DNA from: Comamonadaceae bacterium
Lineage (GTDB): Bacteria > Pseudomonadota > Gammaproteobacteria > Burkholderiales > Burkholderiaceae_C
Length of the DNA: 64,000 bases
Assembly: GCA_947447405.1 (NCBI GenBank)
Contig: CANFKQ010000001.1
Span: 1,382-65,381 of the forward strand
Direction of reading: 5' to 3'
Position 1 is the stretch's first letter. Each line of letters starts with the position of its first letter. Under the pieces are notes generated by a model. The model made no database searches. It worked only from the letters and a program-made list of their open reading frames with translations, and was not told where the DNA came from. Positions 20,721-29,791 of this stretch are shown here, one piece after another. A program made the position numbers and the translations under genes.

Positions 20721-21854
20721 TTATTCTTTGGACAGGTAGCCCGTGATTTCAAGTCCGTAGCCTGTCATGCTGGGCATGCGGCGTGGGTTGCCCATCAGGC
20801 GCATTTTTTGAACACCGCAGTCGCGCAAAATTTGCGCGCCCACACCGTAGCTGCGCAGGTCCATGCGGCCACGTTCGGGGCCGTGGGCGGAGCGGGCGGT
20901 GCCGTCAAATTGGTTGAGCAGCTGTTCGCCGCTTTCGCCGCAGTTGAGCAACACGACCACGCCTGTGCCTTCTGCATTGATACGTGCCAAGGCAGCGTCT
21001 AAGCCCCACGAGTGCATGACACGGTAGGGCTCAAGCGCATCAAGCACGGACAGCGGCTCATGCACGCGAGCCAACACTTCGGCTTCAGCACCCCATGTGC
21101 CTTTGACGAGGGCCATGTGCACATCGCCGCTGGTCATGTCTTTGTATGCGTTGGCGGTGAACTCGCCATGTGCAGTGTGCATGGCGCGTGAACTGACTTT
21201 GTGCACCAGCGACTCGTTGCGGCTGCGGTAGGCAATCAGGTCGGCGATGGTGCCAATTTTCAAGCCGTGTTCGGCTGCGAAAATTTGCAGATCAGGCAAA
21301 CGGGCCATGGTTCCGTCGTCCTTCATGATTTCGCAAATCACGGAAGAGGGCGAGCAGCCTGCCATCGCCGCCAAGTCGCAACCCGCTTCGGTGTGGCCTG
21401 CGCGCATGAGTACGCCACCATCCACGGCTTGCAGTGGGAACACATGGCCGGGTTGTACCAAGTCGGTCGGCTTTGTGGCTTTGGCCACCGCCACTTCAAT
21501 GGTGCGTGAACGGTCAGCGGCAGAGATGCCAGTGGTCACGCCCTCAGCGGCTTCGATGGACACGGTGAATGCGGTGCTGTACACAGTGCCGTTGCGTGCG
21601 GCCATGGGAGGCAGCTTCAAATATTCGCAACGCTCGCGGGTGAGCGTGAGGCAAATCAGGCCGCGGCCAAAGCGGGCCATGAAATTGATGGCTTCGGGGG
21701 TGACATGGTCGGACGCCAGCACCAAGTCACCTTCGTTCTCGCGGTCTTCCTCGTCCACCAAGATGACGATGCGACCAGCCTTCATGTCTGCAACGATGTC
21801 TTCAACTGGGGAAATAGCGACGGGTGCTTGACCCGATGCGTTGGCTGTGCTCAT
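20721..21854 (-). CDS. ribB: DHBP synthase fused to a degenerate GTP cyclohydrolase II-like domain (RibBA/RibBX)
   Basis: [10 protein letters not shown] and RAGHTEA RibB motifs; the C-domain RVHEPL.. lacks the Zn-binding Cys residues. Confidence 0.9.
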   Translation of the reverse strand: MSTANASGQAPVAISPVEDIVADMKAGRIVILVDEEDRENEGDLVLASDHVTPEAINFMARFGRGLICLTLTRERCEYLKLPPMAARNGTVYSTAFTVSIEAAEGVTTGISAADRSRTIEVAVAKATKPTDLVQPGHVFPLQAVDGGVLMRAGHTEAGCDLAAMAGCSPSSVICEIMKDDGTMARLPDLQIFAAEHGLKIGTIADLIAYRSRNESLVHKVSSRAMHTAHGEFTANAYKDMTSGDVHMALVKGTWGAEAEVLARVHEPLSVLDALEPYRVMHSWGLDAALARINAEGTGVVVLLNCGESGEQLLNQFDGTARSAHGPERGRMDLRSYGVGAQILRDCGVQKMRLMGNPRRMPSMTGYGLEITGYLSKE

Positions 21855-22531
21855 GCGTTGGCTTTCAATGCGTCAGCGTTACCCAACGATGCGTCGACAC
21901 GCAACATGCGTTCAACGTAGCGGGCGACGGTGTCAATTTCAAGGTTCACTGTGCTACCCGTTTTGAGCGAGCCCAAAGCGGTGTTGTCCACGGTGTGGGG
22001 AATGAGGTTGATGCTGACTTCAGAGCCGCGCAATCCCAGTGGACCGTCCGCGTTGAAGAAGTCTTGCACTCGGTTCACCGTCAGGCTCACGCCATTGATG
22101 GTGATGGAACCTTTGTAGGCAAGGTATTTGGCGAGGTCGGTGGGAGCCATGATGCGCAGCTCCCAGCTTTCGCCGATTTGTGCAAAGCGGCTCACATGAC
22201 CAATGCCATCTACATGGCCCGATACGATGTGGCCGCCTAAGCGATCATGGGCACGCAACGCTTTTTCAAGGTTGACACGGCCAAGCTCAGCTAAACCGCT
22301 GGTGCGAGCCAGTGATTCAGCAGAGATATCGATGGTGAAGGTGTGTGTGTCAAGGTCAAAGCTGGTGACCGTCATGCAAGCGCCGTTGAGTGCGATGCTG
22401 TCCCCCAGTGTGACGTCGTCGAGATACGCGGCAGGGGCCTCAATGGTGAGACGCTTGCCGTGGCTTAAAGAGCTACCCAGGTCGTGGACAGCGGTGATGC
22501 GCCCCACGCCGGTGATGATTCCGGTGAACAT
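21851..22531 (-). CDS. ribE: riboflavin synthase
   Basis: MFTGII start, GDSIALNGACMT and GGHIVSGHVDG motifs. Confidence 0.95.
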   Translation of the reverse strand: MFTGIITGVGRITAVHDLGSSLSHGKRLTIEAPAAYLDDVTLGDSIALNGACMTVTSFDLDTHTFTIDISAESLARTSGLAELGRVNLEKALRAHDRLGGHIVSGHVDGIGHVSRFAQIGESWELRIMAPTDLAKYLAYKGSITINGVSLTVNRVQDFFNADGPLGLRGSEVSINLIPHTVDNTALGSLKTGSTVNLEIDTVARYVERMLRVDASLGNADALKANA

Positions 22532-22561
22532 AGGTCATATTTTCGCAGGTTTAAGTGCCGC

Positions 22562-23665
22562 TTACCGGCTGAGTCTAGCCAATATCCTTAAATCAGGGCC
22601 AATTTGTGTCACTTCGTGAAACGACAGGGCTTTTGCATCGTCCAAAGTCTTGAAAGGCCCCAAATTTGTCATGCCTGTGCCTTGGCCTATCAGTTTGGGT
22701 GCGAGGTAGATGAGCAGTTCGTCCACCAAACCTTCGCGTAGCAGTGAGCCATTGAGTTTGTGGCCAGCTTCCACATGCACTTCATTGATTTGCTTTTGGC
22801 CAAGGTCATTGAGCATGGCTTTTAAGTCGACTTTGCCAGAGGCATTGGGTAGGCTCACCACGTGTGCGCCTTTGGCCTCAAGTGCTCGGCGGCGGGCTTC
22901 ATGGTTGACTGCGCAGTAAATCCACACAGGCCGTTGCGAGGAGAAGAGCTTGGCATTGATTGGGGTTTCGAGCTGGCTGTCCATCACCACCAATGTGGGT
23001 TGACGTGGGGTGGTTACAGCGCGAACATCCAACAGCGGGTCGTCTTCCAGCACAGTGCCGATACCGGTGAGCACCGCGCAAGCGCGGGCGCGCCAAGCGT
23101 GGCCATCGTCACGCGCGGGTGGGGAGGTGATCCACTGGCTCACGCCGTTTTCAAGGGCAGTTTGGCCGTCGAGCGAAGCTGCGATTTTCATGCGCACCCA
23201 CGGTGTGTCGTGTGTCATGCGCTTGAAAAATCCAATGTTGAGTTCGTGGGCCTCATCGCCGAGTAAACCCACATCCACCTGAACACCTGCATTGCGCAAA
23301 CGGGCGATGCCCTGGCCCGCGACTTGGGGGTTAGGGTCTGCCTTGGCCACCGCCACACGTGCCAAACCCGCGTGGATGAGTGCATCGCAGCAAGGGCCTG
23401 TGCGGCCTTGGTGACTGCACGGTTCTAACGTTACATAAGCCGTGGCGCCTTTGACATCTTTGCTTTTAGCTTGCGCATCACGCAAGGCCATCACTTCGGC
23501 ATGCGCTTCGCCTGCGCGTTGTGTGTGGCCGCTGCCCAGCACTGCACCGTCAGCACCCACGATGACGCAGCCCACACGGGGATTGGGCGATGTCAAATAC
23601 AAAGCCTCACGCGCGAGCGCCAAGGCGCTGGTCATATGGGGGATGTCATGCGCTGAAAAAGTCAT
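22562..23665 (-). CDS. ribD: riboflavin biosynthesis deaminase/reductase RibD
   Basis: PNPRVGC, HAE, TLEPCSH.GRTGPC and SQWIT motifs; start trimmed to MTFSA. Confidence 0.95.
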   Translation of the reverse strand: MTFSAHDIPHMTSALALAREALYLTSPNPRVGCVIVGADGAVLGSGHTQRAGEAHAEVMALRDAQAKSKDVKGATAYVTLEPCSHQGRTGPCCDALIHAGLARVAVAKADPNPQVAGQGIARLRNAGVQVDVGLLGDEAHELNIGFFKRMTHDTPWVRMKIAASLDGQTALENGVSQWITSPPARDDGHAWRARACAVLTGIGTVLEDDPLLDVRAVTTPRQPTLVVMDSQLETPINAKLFSSQRPVWIYCAVNHEARRRALEAKGAHVVSLPNASGKVDLKAMLNDLGQKQINEVHVEAGHKLNGSLLREGLVDELLIYLAPKLIGQGTGMTNLGPFKTLDDAKALSFHEVTQIGPDLRILARLSR

Positions 23666-23704
23666 GGCGCAATTATGAACGGCCAAGCTGGATGTGAAGG
23701 GCAC

Positions 23705-24115
23705 TCATCGACTCCAGCACTGCGAGGCAGCTTGACTGGCCCCTTCTACGCTGCGCATGCCCAGGTGATTGATGGTCAAGGTGCCGCAAGAATCAGCTGC
23801 TTGTGTGCCGAGTGGAATCGCACTGAGGGTGTAGCTTTGCGCGGTGCTGGTGACGCTCATCCTGTAACGTTGCCCTTCAATTTGCAGAACGCTGATGGGG
23901 ACATCGGTCGTCAGCGGATAGTTGCCGTTGGCACTGGCGGCGCGTTCAAACCAGTGGGCGGCTTGCAGCAAGGATGCGCGGGCTTGGGCGCGTTGACTTC
24001 GCAAAATCAAACTTTGGTAGCTGGGCCAGGCGAGGCTGGCGAGTATGGCCACACAGGTCAGCGCCAGCAGCAGTTCGATGAGGGTGAAGCCTCTTGGGAG
24101 ATGGGGGTGAGTCAT
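23705..24115 (-). CDS. pilE: type IV minor pilin PilE-like
   Basis: Prepilin RG|FTLIELL, PSYQ..I.RS.R..A motif, C-terminal CGTLTI..CW. Confidence 0.85.
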   Translation of the reverse strand: MTHPHLPRGFTLIELLLALTCVAILASLAWPSYQSLILRSQRAQARASLLQAAHWFERAASANGNYPLTTDVPISVLQIEGQRYRMSVTSTAQSYTLSAIPLGTQAADSCGTLTINHLGMRSVEGASQAASQCWSR

Positions 24116-24121
24116 GGGTTG

Positions 24122-24742
24122 TCAGTCATGCAGCACATGCCAGCTGTACCACCGGCCTGTCTGTGATGTGTGGTTGTGTCGTGCCCAAACTGCTTGCAGC
24201 ACTGTGCGGCTGTTGGGCATGATGCCGTTGGCCAATGCGGTGATGCGGTACACAAAGGTGTCTGTATTGGTTTGCGGAAAAACTTCGATCCAATACCAAG
24301 CCGTGTTGTCTCCATAGGGAATATCAGTTGCCCTGACAGTGGCGGCTGTGGGGATTTGTGCTTGCCAGTCGTTGGCTTTGGTTGGGTTGAGCACATGGGG
24401 CGCGCAAATGCCAGCGCTGCACATGTTCGTGTCTAAACGCTGGCGCAGCAGGTTGTACTCAGTCAGGGTACTGGGAAAAAAAGCGTGTGTGTGTGTGGCG
24501 TCGCCTGGGATGTGACGCATGTTTTGGCTGCCATCGTTGTTTGTTGCTGCGCCCAAGAGATCCGCCAAGGCCACAAACAACACAGCCTCGGCTTTGTGTT
24601 GTGTACGGAGCTGGTCAGCTTCGGCATTGAGCAGTTGGTTATTTACCCATAGATTGCGCATTGCGAGCAGTGTGGCGGTACTCGCGATTGCGAGCATGAC
24701 CATCAAGGTGGGTAACGCAAATCCTTGAACTGTGCGCTTCAT
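24122..24742 (-). CDS. pilX: type IV minor pilin PilX-like
   Basis: QG|FALPTLMVML (no Glu5, as in PilX), YWIEVF..YRITA.A.G motif. Confidence 0.75.
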   Translation of the reverse strand: MKRTVQGFALPTLMVMLAIASTATLLAMRNLWVNNQLLNAEADQLRTQHKAEAVLFVALADLLGAATNNDGSQNMRHIPGDATHTHAFFPSTLTEYNLLRQRLDTNMCSAGICAPHVLNPTKANDWQAQIPTAATVRATDIPYGDNTAWYWIEVFPQTNTDTFVYRITALANGIMPNSRTVLQAVWARHNHTSQTGRWYSWHVLHD

Positions 24743-25500
24743 GGCATGGTCCCATCACGGTTACGTAAAGTCACGACGCGTTTGAAGGTGCGGCGTACAC
24801 GGCCATCGGTTGGCAGTGCTTCATCTTGGCAACCTTTGAGTTTGGCGTTGGGCTTGGTGTTATGCACCGTACTGATGCTGGCCACGCGCATACATACCTC
24901 GATGGCCAGCACCTGCGCCATGTCTGTCACTTGGTCGGCGGTTTTCCATTGAATGGTTTGGGTGTTCGGCTTGGCTTCGGCGTAACGCAGTTGAAAGTCT
25001 TCCATGCCTTCGGCCAAGGCTTGGTAAGTGCTGTTGGTCAGGTTGAGGTCTTTGCAGCTCAGTTCTTTGCTGGTGTTGAGCTTGTAGTCGTTGCGCACGC
25101 TGGAGTGGGTGCTACCCATATTGCCTTGGCAGTCCATGGCGTCGAGGGCATGCCAATGGCCGAGGGTGAGACTCTCAACATATTTGCTACCGTTCACACC
25201 CGCTAGAGCGGCTTGCCCCGTGTCTTCGCTGGACGAAATTTCAACAGTGAAGTGGTCGTTGTTGTTGACTTTGAGGTAGGCGGCTCCTGCCATCTGTGCT
25301 TGCTCTCGGATGTTGCGCAAGACCACGCGTGCGTTGGCGTGAACGGCATCTGCCGCTGCCATGGCGTTCCATGTTTGCTTACTCGTGCCGTAGACCGCCG
25401 TGGCTGCAGCGATGACGAACAGACCGAGCGTGATACCGATGAGCAGCTCTGGCAACGTGTTGCCATGCTGTGAAGATTCGGGGTTATGGATGAGGTTCAT
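24739..25500 (-). CDS. pilW: type IV minor pilin PilW-like
   Basis: HG|NTLPELLIG, EDFQLRY and terminal V.LRNR motifs; start at MNLIH. Confidence 0.78.
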   Translation of the reverse strand: MNLIHNPESSQHGNTLPELLIGITLGLFVIAAATAVYGTSKQTWNAMAAADAVHANARVVLRNIREQAQMAGAAYLKVNNNDHFTVEISSSEDTGQAALAGVNGSKYVESLTLGHWHALDAMDCQGNMGSTHSSVRNDYKLNTSKELSCKDLNLTNSTYQALAEGMEDFQLRYAEAKPNTQTIQWKTADQVTDMAQVLAIEVCMRVASISTVHNTKPNAKLKGCQDEALPTDGRVRRTFKRVVTLRNRDGTMP

Positions 25501-26018
25501 CGGTCTGTCTTGAAGAACAAACGCCAGCAACTCATGCGTGTGGGGCAGGGGGGCGTGCCAGAAACGGTGTCGGTTTTGTAGGTTTCATTCGCATCCTGCC
25601 AGGCGATGACAAGGCCCCACCAGCCCACCACATCCGTCAATGCAAACACGGCGGCATCCCCCTCTGGCAGTTGACTTTGCAAGGTTTGTTGCAATTGCTG
25701 TGTGTCCCAAGCTGCAAGTTCTTGGCGCGTGCAAGCCGTGGCTGTGCAGTCGGGGGCTGCCTTCGTGGCATTGCCCCATGCTTTGGCGTACAACGTGCTT
25801 TGTGGTGAGTTCAAACGCATGCGTTCGGCCAAGTCGTCACCAATGCCGATGGCAACGGCGCGCATGAGTTGTTGGCGCTGTTGGGTCAAGGCTTGTTGGT
25901 GCATCCATAACAACCCCAGTACGCCGAAAGCTAAGACAAACAAAGCGACGAGTGCGTCCAGCAAGGCAATGCCAAGCTGGCGCTTCGATTGCTTGAGTCG
26001 CCGATTCAGTTGCTGCAT
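25497..26018 (-). CDS. pilV: type IV pilus modification protein PilV-like
   Basis: LG|IALLDALVALFVLAFGVLGL, DLAERMR.N, C..A.CT..ELAAWD and LPEG motifs. Confidence 0.8.
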   Translation of the reverse strand: MQQLNRRLKQSKRQLGIALLDALVALFVLAFGVLGLLWMHQQALTQQRQQLMRAVAIGIGDDLAERMRLNSPQSTLYAKAWGNATKAAPDCTATACTRQELAAWDTQQLQQTLQSQLPEGDAAVFALTDVVGWWGLVIAWQDANETYKTDTVSGTPPCPTRMSCWRLFFKTDR

Positions 26019-26545
26019 GACTCCCCCGATTGCCAGCGCAAACGGCTTGCACTGTTGAGGCACAAGACATAGGCTATGTTGAGCCAACTCTGTCGCGATT
26101 TGATGATCCATCGATCGCCCACAGTGCCGAGGTCACCGCGCTGGCTGATCTCGAGTGGGTCTGTTTTGGCAAACATCAGCTGTAACGGGGTGTGTTGCTG
26201 TGAGGTGTGCAACACAGCCTGGTTGGTTTTGACAACCAGTTGCCAGCCGCAGCTCCAATCGTTGTTGGTAGCGTTGTGCCAGGTGCAATCACGCATGGGT
26301 GTGAGTTGCAAGGTTTCGCCGCGCTGCAAGGCGCGCACGCGGGCAGTTTGCAAATCGTTTATCAGCTGATCGCGTGCGGCTTCGACACGGTTGCGCTCTT
26401 GCAAGCGTTGCCAACTTGGAATGGCAAACGATGTCATGACGCTGAGCACGGCCAAGCCAATCAAGAGTTCGACGAGTGTGAAACCTTTTGATATCAGCGC
26501 TTTTGCAGGGCGTATGTGAGGCGTAAAAAAACCTAGCGATTGCAT
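26006..26545 (-). CDS. fimT: FimT/GspH-family pseudopilin
   Basis: KG|FTLVELL, AIPSW, DL..AR..A and W..GW motifs. Confidence 0.8.
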   Translation of the reverse strand: MQSLGFFTPHIRPAKALISKGFTLVELLIGLAVLSVMTSFAIPSWQRLQERNRVEAARDQLINDLQTARVRALQRGETLQLTPMRDCTWHNATNNDWSCGWQLVVKTNQAVLHTSQQHTPLQLMFAKTDPLEISQRGDLGTVGDRWIIKSRQSWLNIAYVLCLNSASRLRWQSGESCSN

Positions 26546-26598
26546 GCAGCAAATGCTAGGTTTTGAAGGGGCATCAGCGTATGGCTGAGACTCGAAAA

Positions 26599-27048
26599 CT
26601 ACTTGCGAACTTCGTCCACCAAGCTCTTGAAATCATCGATGTCTTCAAAGCTGCGATACACACTGGCAAAGCGGATGTAGGCGACTTTGTCGAGTTTCTT
26701 GAGTTCCCGCATGACGAGTTCGCCAATGCGGGTGGAGGGCACTTCGCGTTGACCCAAGGACATGAGCTTTTCTTCGATGCGCTCGATGGCGTTATCCACC
26801 TGTTCTGTGCTGACGGGGCGTTTGCGTAGGGCAAGGCCCATGGATTCGAGAAGCTTGTTACGTTTGTATTCGATGCGGCGACCATCTTTTTTGACGATAT
26901 TCGGGAAACTGACGTCGGGGCGTTCGTAGGTGGTGTAACGCTTTTCACAAGCGCCGCATTGGCGACGTCGGCGAACGGAATCACCGTCTTCGGACATGCG
27001 CGTCTCGACGACTTGGGTTTCTAAGTGGCCGCAGAAGGGACATTTCAT
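26599..27048 (-). CDS. nrdR: transcriptional repressor NrdR
   Basis: MKCPFC, RRRRQC..C..RYTTYE, ATP cone and AYIRFASVY motifs. Confidence 0.97.
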   Translation of the reverse strand: MKCPFCGHLETQVVETRMSEDGDSVRRRRQCGACEKRYTTYERPDVSFPNIVKKDGRRIEYKRNKLLESMGLALRKRPVSTEQVDNAIERIEEKLMSLGQREVPSTRIGELVMRELKKLDKVAYIRFASVYRSFEDIDDFKSLVDEVRK

Positions 27049-27107
27049 ATGCTGTTTTCTCTTTTGGTTTGCGGTGCTTTTGTCTGTTTCTTTTTGGGCT
27101 GGGCTCG

Positions 27108-27355
27108 CTGAGGGCATTTGGTATTCGCCGCTTCCTCATGCTGGAGTACCAGAAATCGTCAGCGGCCAATACCAAACACCCTCAGTCTGCGATGTGCTTT
27201 GCTTCGCTCGCACATTTCAGTCGCAAGGGGTGGCAGCAAAGTTGCAACGCAACGAGCGAACTATCTCCAACCTCAAACAGCGCGGGTTGTAGGTGCGGCG
27301 GGCGATGATTTCTGGTACCCCAGCATGAAGAGTCCGCTGTACCTTCAACCCGTGC
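27108..27355. repeat. composite palindromic element: two long hairpins with a shared 28-nt loop, in opposite orientation
   Basis: Unit 1 arms 27108-27132 and 27161-27185; unit 2 arms 27280-27301 and 27334-27355; loops 25/28 identical as reverse complements. Confidence 0.8.
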
Positions 27356-27413
27356 CCTATACGGCGAGAAGCCTTAACGAGCAAAGGAACAATCCAACAA
27401 AATAACGAAGACA

Positions 27414-27445
27414 AACAAAAACCCCGCCACACAGGACGGGGTTTG
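27414..27445 (-). terminator. intrinsic terminator after glyA
   Basis: Minus strand AAACCCCG-loop-CGGGGTTT followed by TTGTTT. Confidence 0.8.
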
Positions 27446-27451
27446 AAGACG

Positions 27452-28696
27452 TTACTTGTAAACAGGGAACTTAGCAGTCAGCGCATGCACCTTGGCACGC
27501 ACCACCGCAATGTTGGCTTCGTCGTGTGGGTTGTCCAGCACGTCTGCAATCAAGTTGGCCGTGATGCGAGCTTCCTCGTCTTTGAAACCACGCGTTGTCA
27601 TCGCGGGGGTGCCGATGCGCACGCCGCTGGTGACGAATGGTTTTTCGGGATCGTTGGGAATGGCGTTCTTGTTGATCGTCATGTGGGCTGCGCCCAAAGC
27701 CGCTTCGGCTTCTTTGCCGGTGATCTTCTTGGAGCGCAGGTCCACCAACATCACGTGGCTTTGTGTGCCGCCGCTGACGATGCGCAAGCCGCGTGCTGTC
27801 AAAGTTTCGGCCACGATCTTGGCGTTTTTCACCACTTGGGCTTGGTAGTCTTTGAACTCAGGTTGCATGGCTTCTTTGAAAGCCACGGCCTTGGCAGCGA
27901 TGACGTGCATCAAGGGGCCGCCTTGCAGGCCGGGGAAGATGGCGCTGTTGATCGCTTTTTCGTGTTCAGCCTTCATCAAAATGATGCCGCCGCGTGGGCC
28001 ACGCAAGCTCTTGTGTGTGGTGGAGGTCACCACGTCTGCGTGCGGCACGGGGTTGGGGTACTGGCCTGCGGCGATCAAGCCGGAGTAGTGGGCCATGTCG
28101 ACCATGAAGATCGCGCCAACTTCCTTAGCGATTTTGGCAAAGCGTGCCCAGTCGATGTGCAAGCTGTAGGCAGAAGCGCCAGCAATGATGAGTTTGGGTT
28201 TGTGCTCGAGGGCTTTGGCTTCCATCGCTTCGTAGTCGATGGCTTCGTTGGCATCCAAGCCGTAAGACACAGCGTTGAACCATTTGCCAGACATGTTCAG
28301 CGCCATGCCGTGGGTCAAGTGACCGCCTTCGGCCAAGCTCATGCCCAAAATGGTGTCGCCGGGTTTCAAAAAAGCGAGGAACACGGCTTCATTGGCAGAT
28401 GCGCCGCAATGCGGTTGCACGTTGGCGGCCTCTGCACCGTAAATTTGTTTCAGGCGGTCGATGGCCAATTGCTCAGCCACGTCCACGTGCTCGCAGCCAC
28501 CGTAGTAGCGCTTGCCTGGGTAGCCTTCGGCGTATTTGTTGGTCAGTTGCGAGCCTTGGGCTTGCATGACGGCGGGAGACGCATAGTTCTCGCTGGCGAT
28601 CAGCTCAATGTGGTGCTCTTGGCGCGCGTTTTCGGCTTGAATGGCGGCCCAAACTTCGGGGTCGGTTTGTTCGATCAAGATGTTGCGGTTGTACAT
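27452..28696 (-). CDS. glyA: serine hydroxymethyltransferase
   Basis: [22 protein letters not shown] and [12 protein letters not shown] motifs; start trimmed to MYNRN. Confidence 0.97.
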   Translation of the reverse strand: MYNRNILIEQTDPEVWAAIQAENARQEHHIELIASENYASPAVMQAQGSQLTNKYAEGYPGKRYYGGCEHVDVAEQLAIDRLKQIYGAEAANVQPHCGASANEAVFLAFLKPGDTILGMSLAEGGHLTHGMALNMSGKWFNAVSYGLDANEAIDYEAMEAKALEHKPKLIIAGASAYSLHIDWARFAKIAKEVGAIFMVDMAHYSGLIAAGQYPNPVPHADVVTSTTHKSLRGPRGGIILMKAEHEKAINSAIFPGLQGGPLMHVIAAKAVAFKEAMQPEFKDYQAQVVKNAKIVAETLTARGLRIVSGGTQSHVMLVDLRSKKITGKEAEAALGAAHMTINKNAIPNDPEKPFVTSGVRIGTPAMTTRGFKDEEARITANLIADVLDNPHDEANIAVVRAKVHALTAKFPVYK

Positions 28697-28728
28697 GCTG
28701 GCAGTCCTAAAAAAAGGTGGTGTTGTGG

Positions 28729-28848
28729 CTGCCCAGGCGAACGGCAAAACACCTCTGTGAACAGAGGCTGCGCGCTTCCCAGTGGTCATACATCCACGTC
28801 AGCGGTGTGAGGCAGATACCTCACACGCCTATCGCCAGTTGCGCGCGA
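28729..28848 (-). ncRNA. ZMP/ZTP riboswitch (pfl motif)
   Basis: Minus strand gcgcgc-AACTGGCGA...GTGG..CCAC-TGGGAA-gcgcgc ... TGCCGTTCGCCTGGGCA matches P1/P2/P3 and the GGCG/CGCC pseudoknot; directly upstream of glyA. Confidence 0.9.
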
Positions 28849-28877
28849 GTGAGAGTTTACCGCGCTTGAGACCTCAC

Positions 28878-29714
28878 TTATTCGCCATCATCCTTGCCAA
28901 AGGGTGTCAAACGCTGTGCTTTTTCCCACAGACTCTCCAAACGGGCGGTAGCAGCTTCAGCAGCGGTGGAGGGCGGTGGGGTGATCGGCACTTTCACGCC
29001 CTTGGCTACCTGCTGTAAGCGAGCGTTTTCGGCCATGACCTTGCTCGCGTAGCCTTGGTCATCCTTCAAGTTGCCTGCGCCAACATAGAGCTTCAGGCCA
29101 CCTTCCAGGCTACCTGCGCGGTTGATGCACTCTTTGAGCACATTCACACCTACGCGCACGTTGGCCACGGGGTCAAATGCGGCTAAGGCGCCGCCAAAGC
29201 CTTGGTATTTCTGCTCGTGGACTTTGGTCATCACTTGCATCAAGCCTTGTGCACCCACATGACTTTGGGCGAAGGGGTTAAAGCCTGACTCAATGGCCAT
29301 CACGGCCAAGATGAGGGTTGGCTCAATTTGGTTGCTGGGACCCACGTCGTAAGCCTCAGAGACTAAGGCACTCAAGGGTTCTGGTGCGACGCGGTATTTT
29401 TTGCTCAGCCAGTAGGCCAAGTTAGATTGTTGCTTGGGCAGGTCGCGAGGGTCGGTGGCCGTGGCGCGGTCTATGGCGTCGGCATCGGTGGCGATGCCTG
29501 TTTCGTCATATTGGCGCTCTTGCAGCCAGCTGATCACCTTAGCTTCGGTCACCACGCGCAGGTCTGGGCGTACGGTCAGTGCCACGACGAAAAAGAAAAT
29601 AGACAAGCCCAGCACGGCCAAGCCATTGTGGGAAATCGCGAAAAAGCCTTGTGCCACGTCAGCTGCAAAGGTACGTAGACCTAGCTGTAATCGGGCAATG
29701 AAAGGAATAGACAT
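28878..29714 (-). CDS. lytic transglycosylase (SLT domain)
   Basis: LAVMAIESGFNP, GAQGLMQV and N..VG motifs. Confidence 0.9.
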   Translation of the reverse strand: MSIPFIARLQLGLRTFAADVAQGFFAISHNGLAVLGLSIFFFVVALTVRPDLRVVTEAKVISWLQERQYDETGIATDADAIDRATATDPRDLPKQQSNLAYWLSKKYRVAPEPLSALVSEAYDVGPSNQIEPTLILAVMAIESGFNPFAQSHVGAQGLMQVMTKVHEQKYQGFGGALAAFDPVANVRVGVNVLKECINRAGSLEGGLKLYVGAGNLKDDQGYASKVMAENARLQQVAKGVKVPITPPPSTAAEAATARLESLWEKAQRLTPFGKDDGE

Positions 29715-29791
29715 AAATTAATTAAATAGGAAGTAGCTCAAATTTTAAAGCCTCGGCGACAATCACCCCTAATTTACTGTGAGCCCTACTT

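Noticed and set aside
27133-27165. CTGACGA on the minus strand resembling the hammerhead ribozyme core CUGANGA
   Set aside because: No correctly placed GAAA/stem III/UH, and the second copy of the motif does not keep CUGA
26996-27432. Short ORFs sharing the peptide HAGVPEI on both strands
   Set aside because: By-product of the inverted 28-nt repeat; no RBS or coding signature
27443-28810. 455-aa plus-strand ORF
   Set aside because: Antisense shadow of glyA with no recognisable motifs; such shadows are common opposite codon-biased genes
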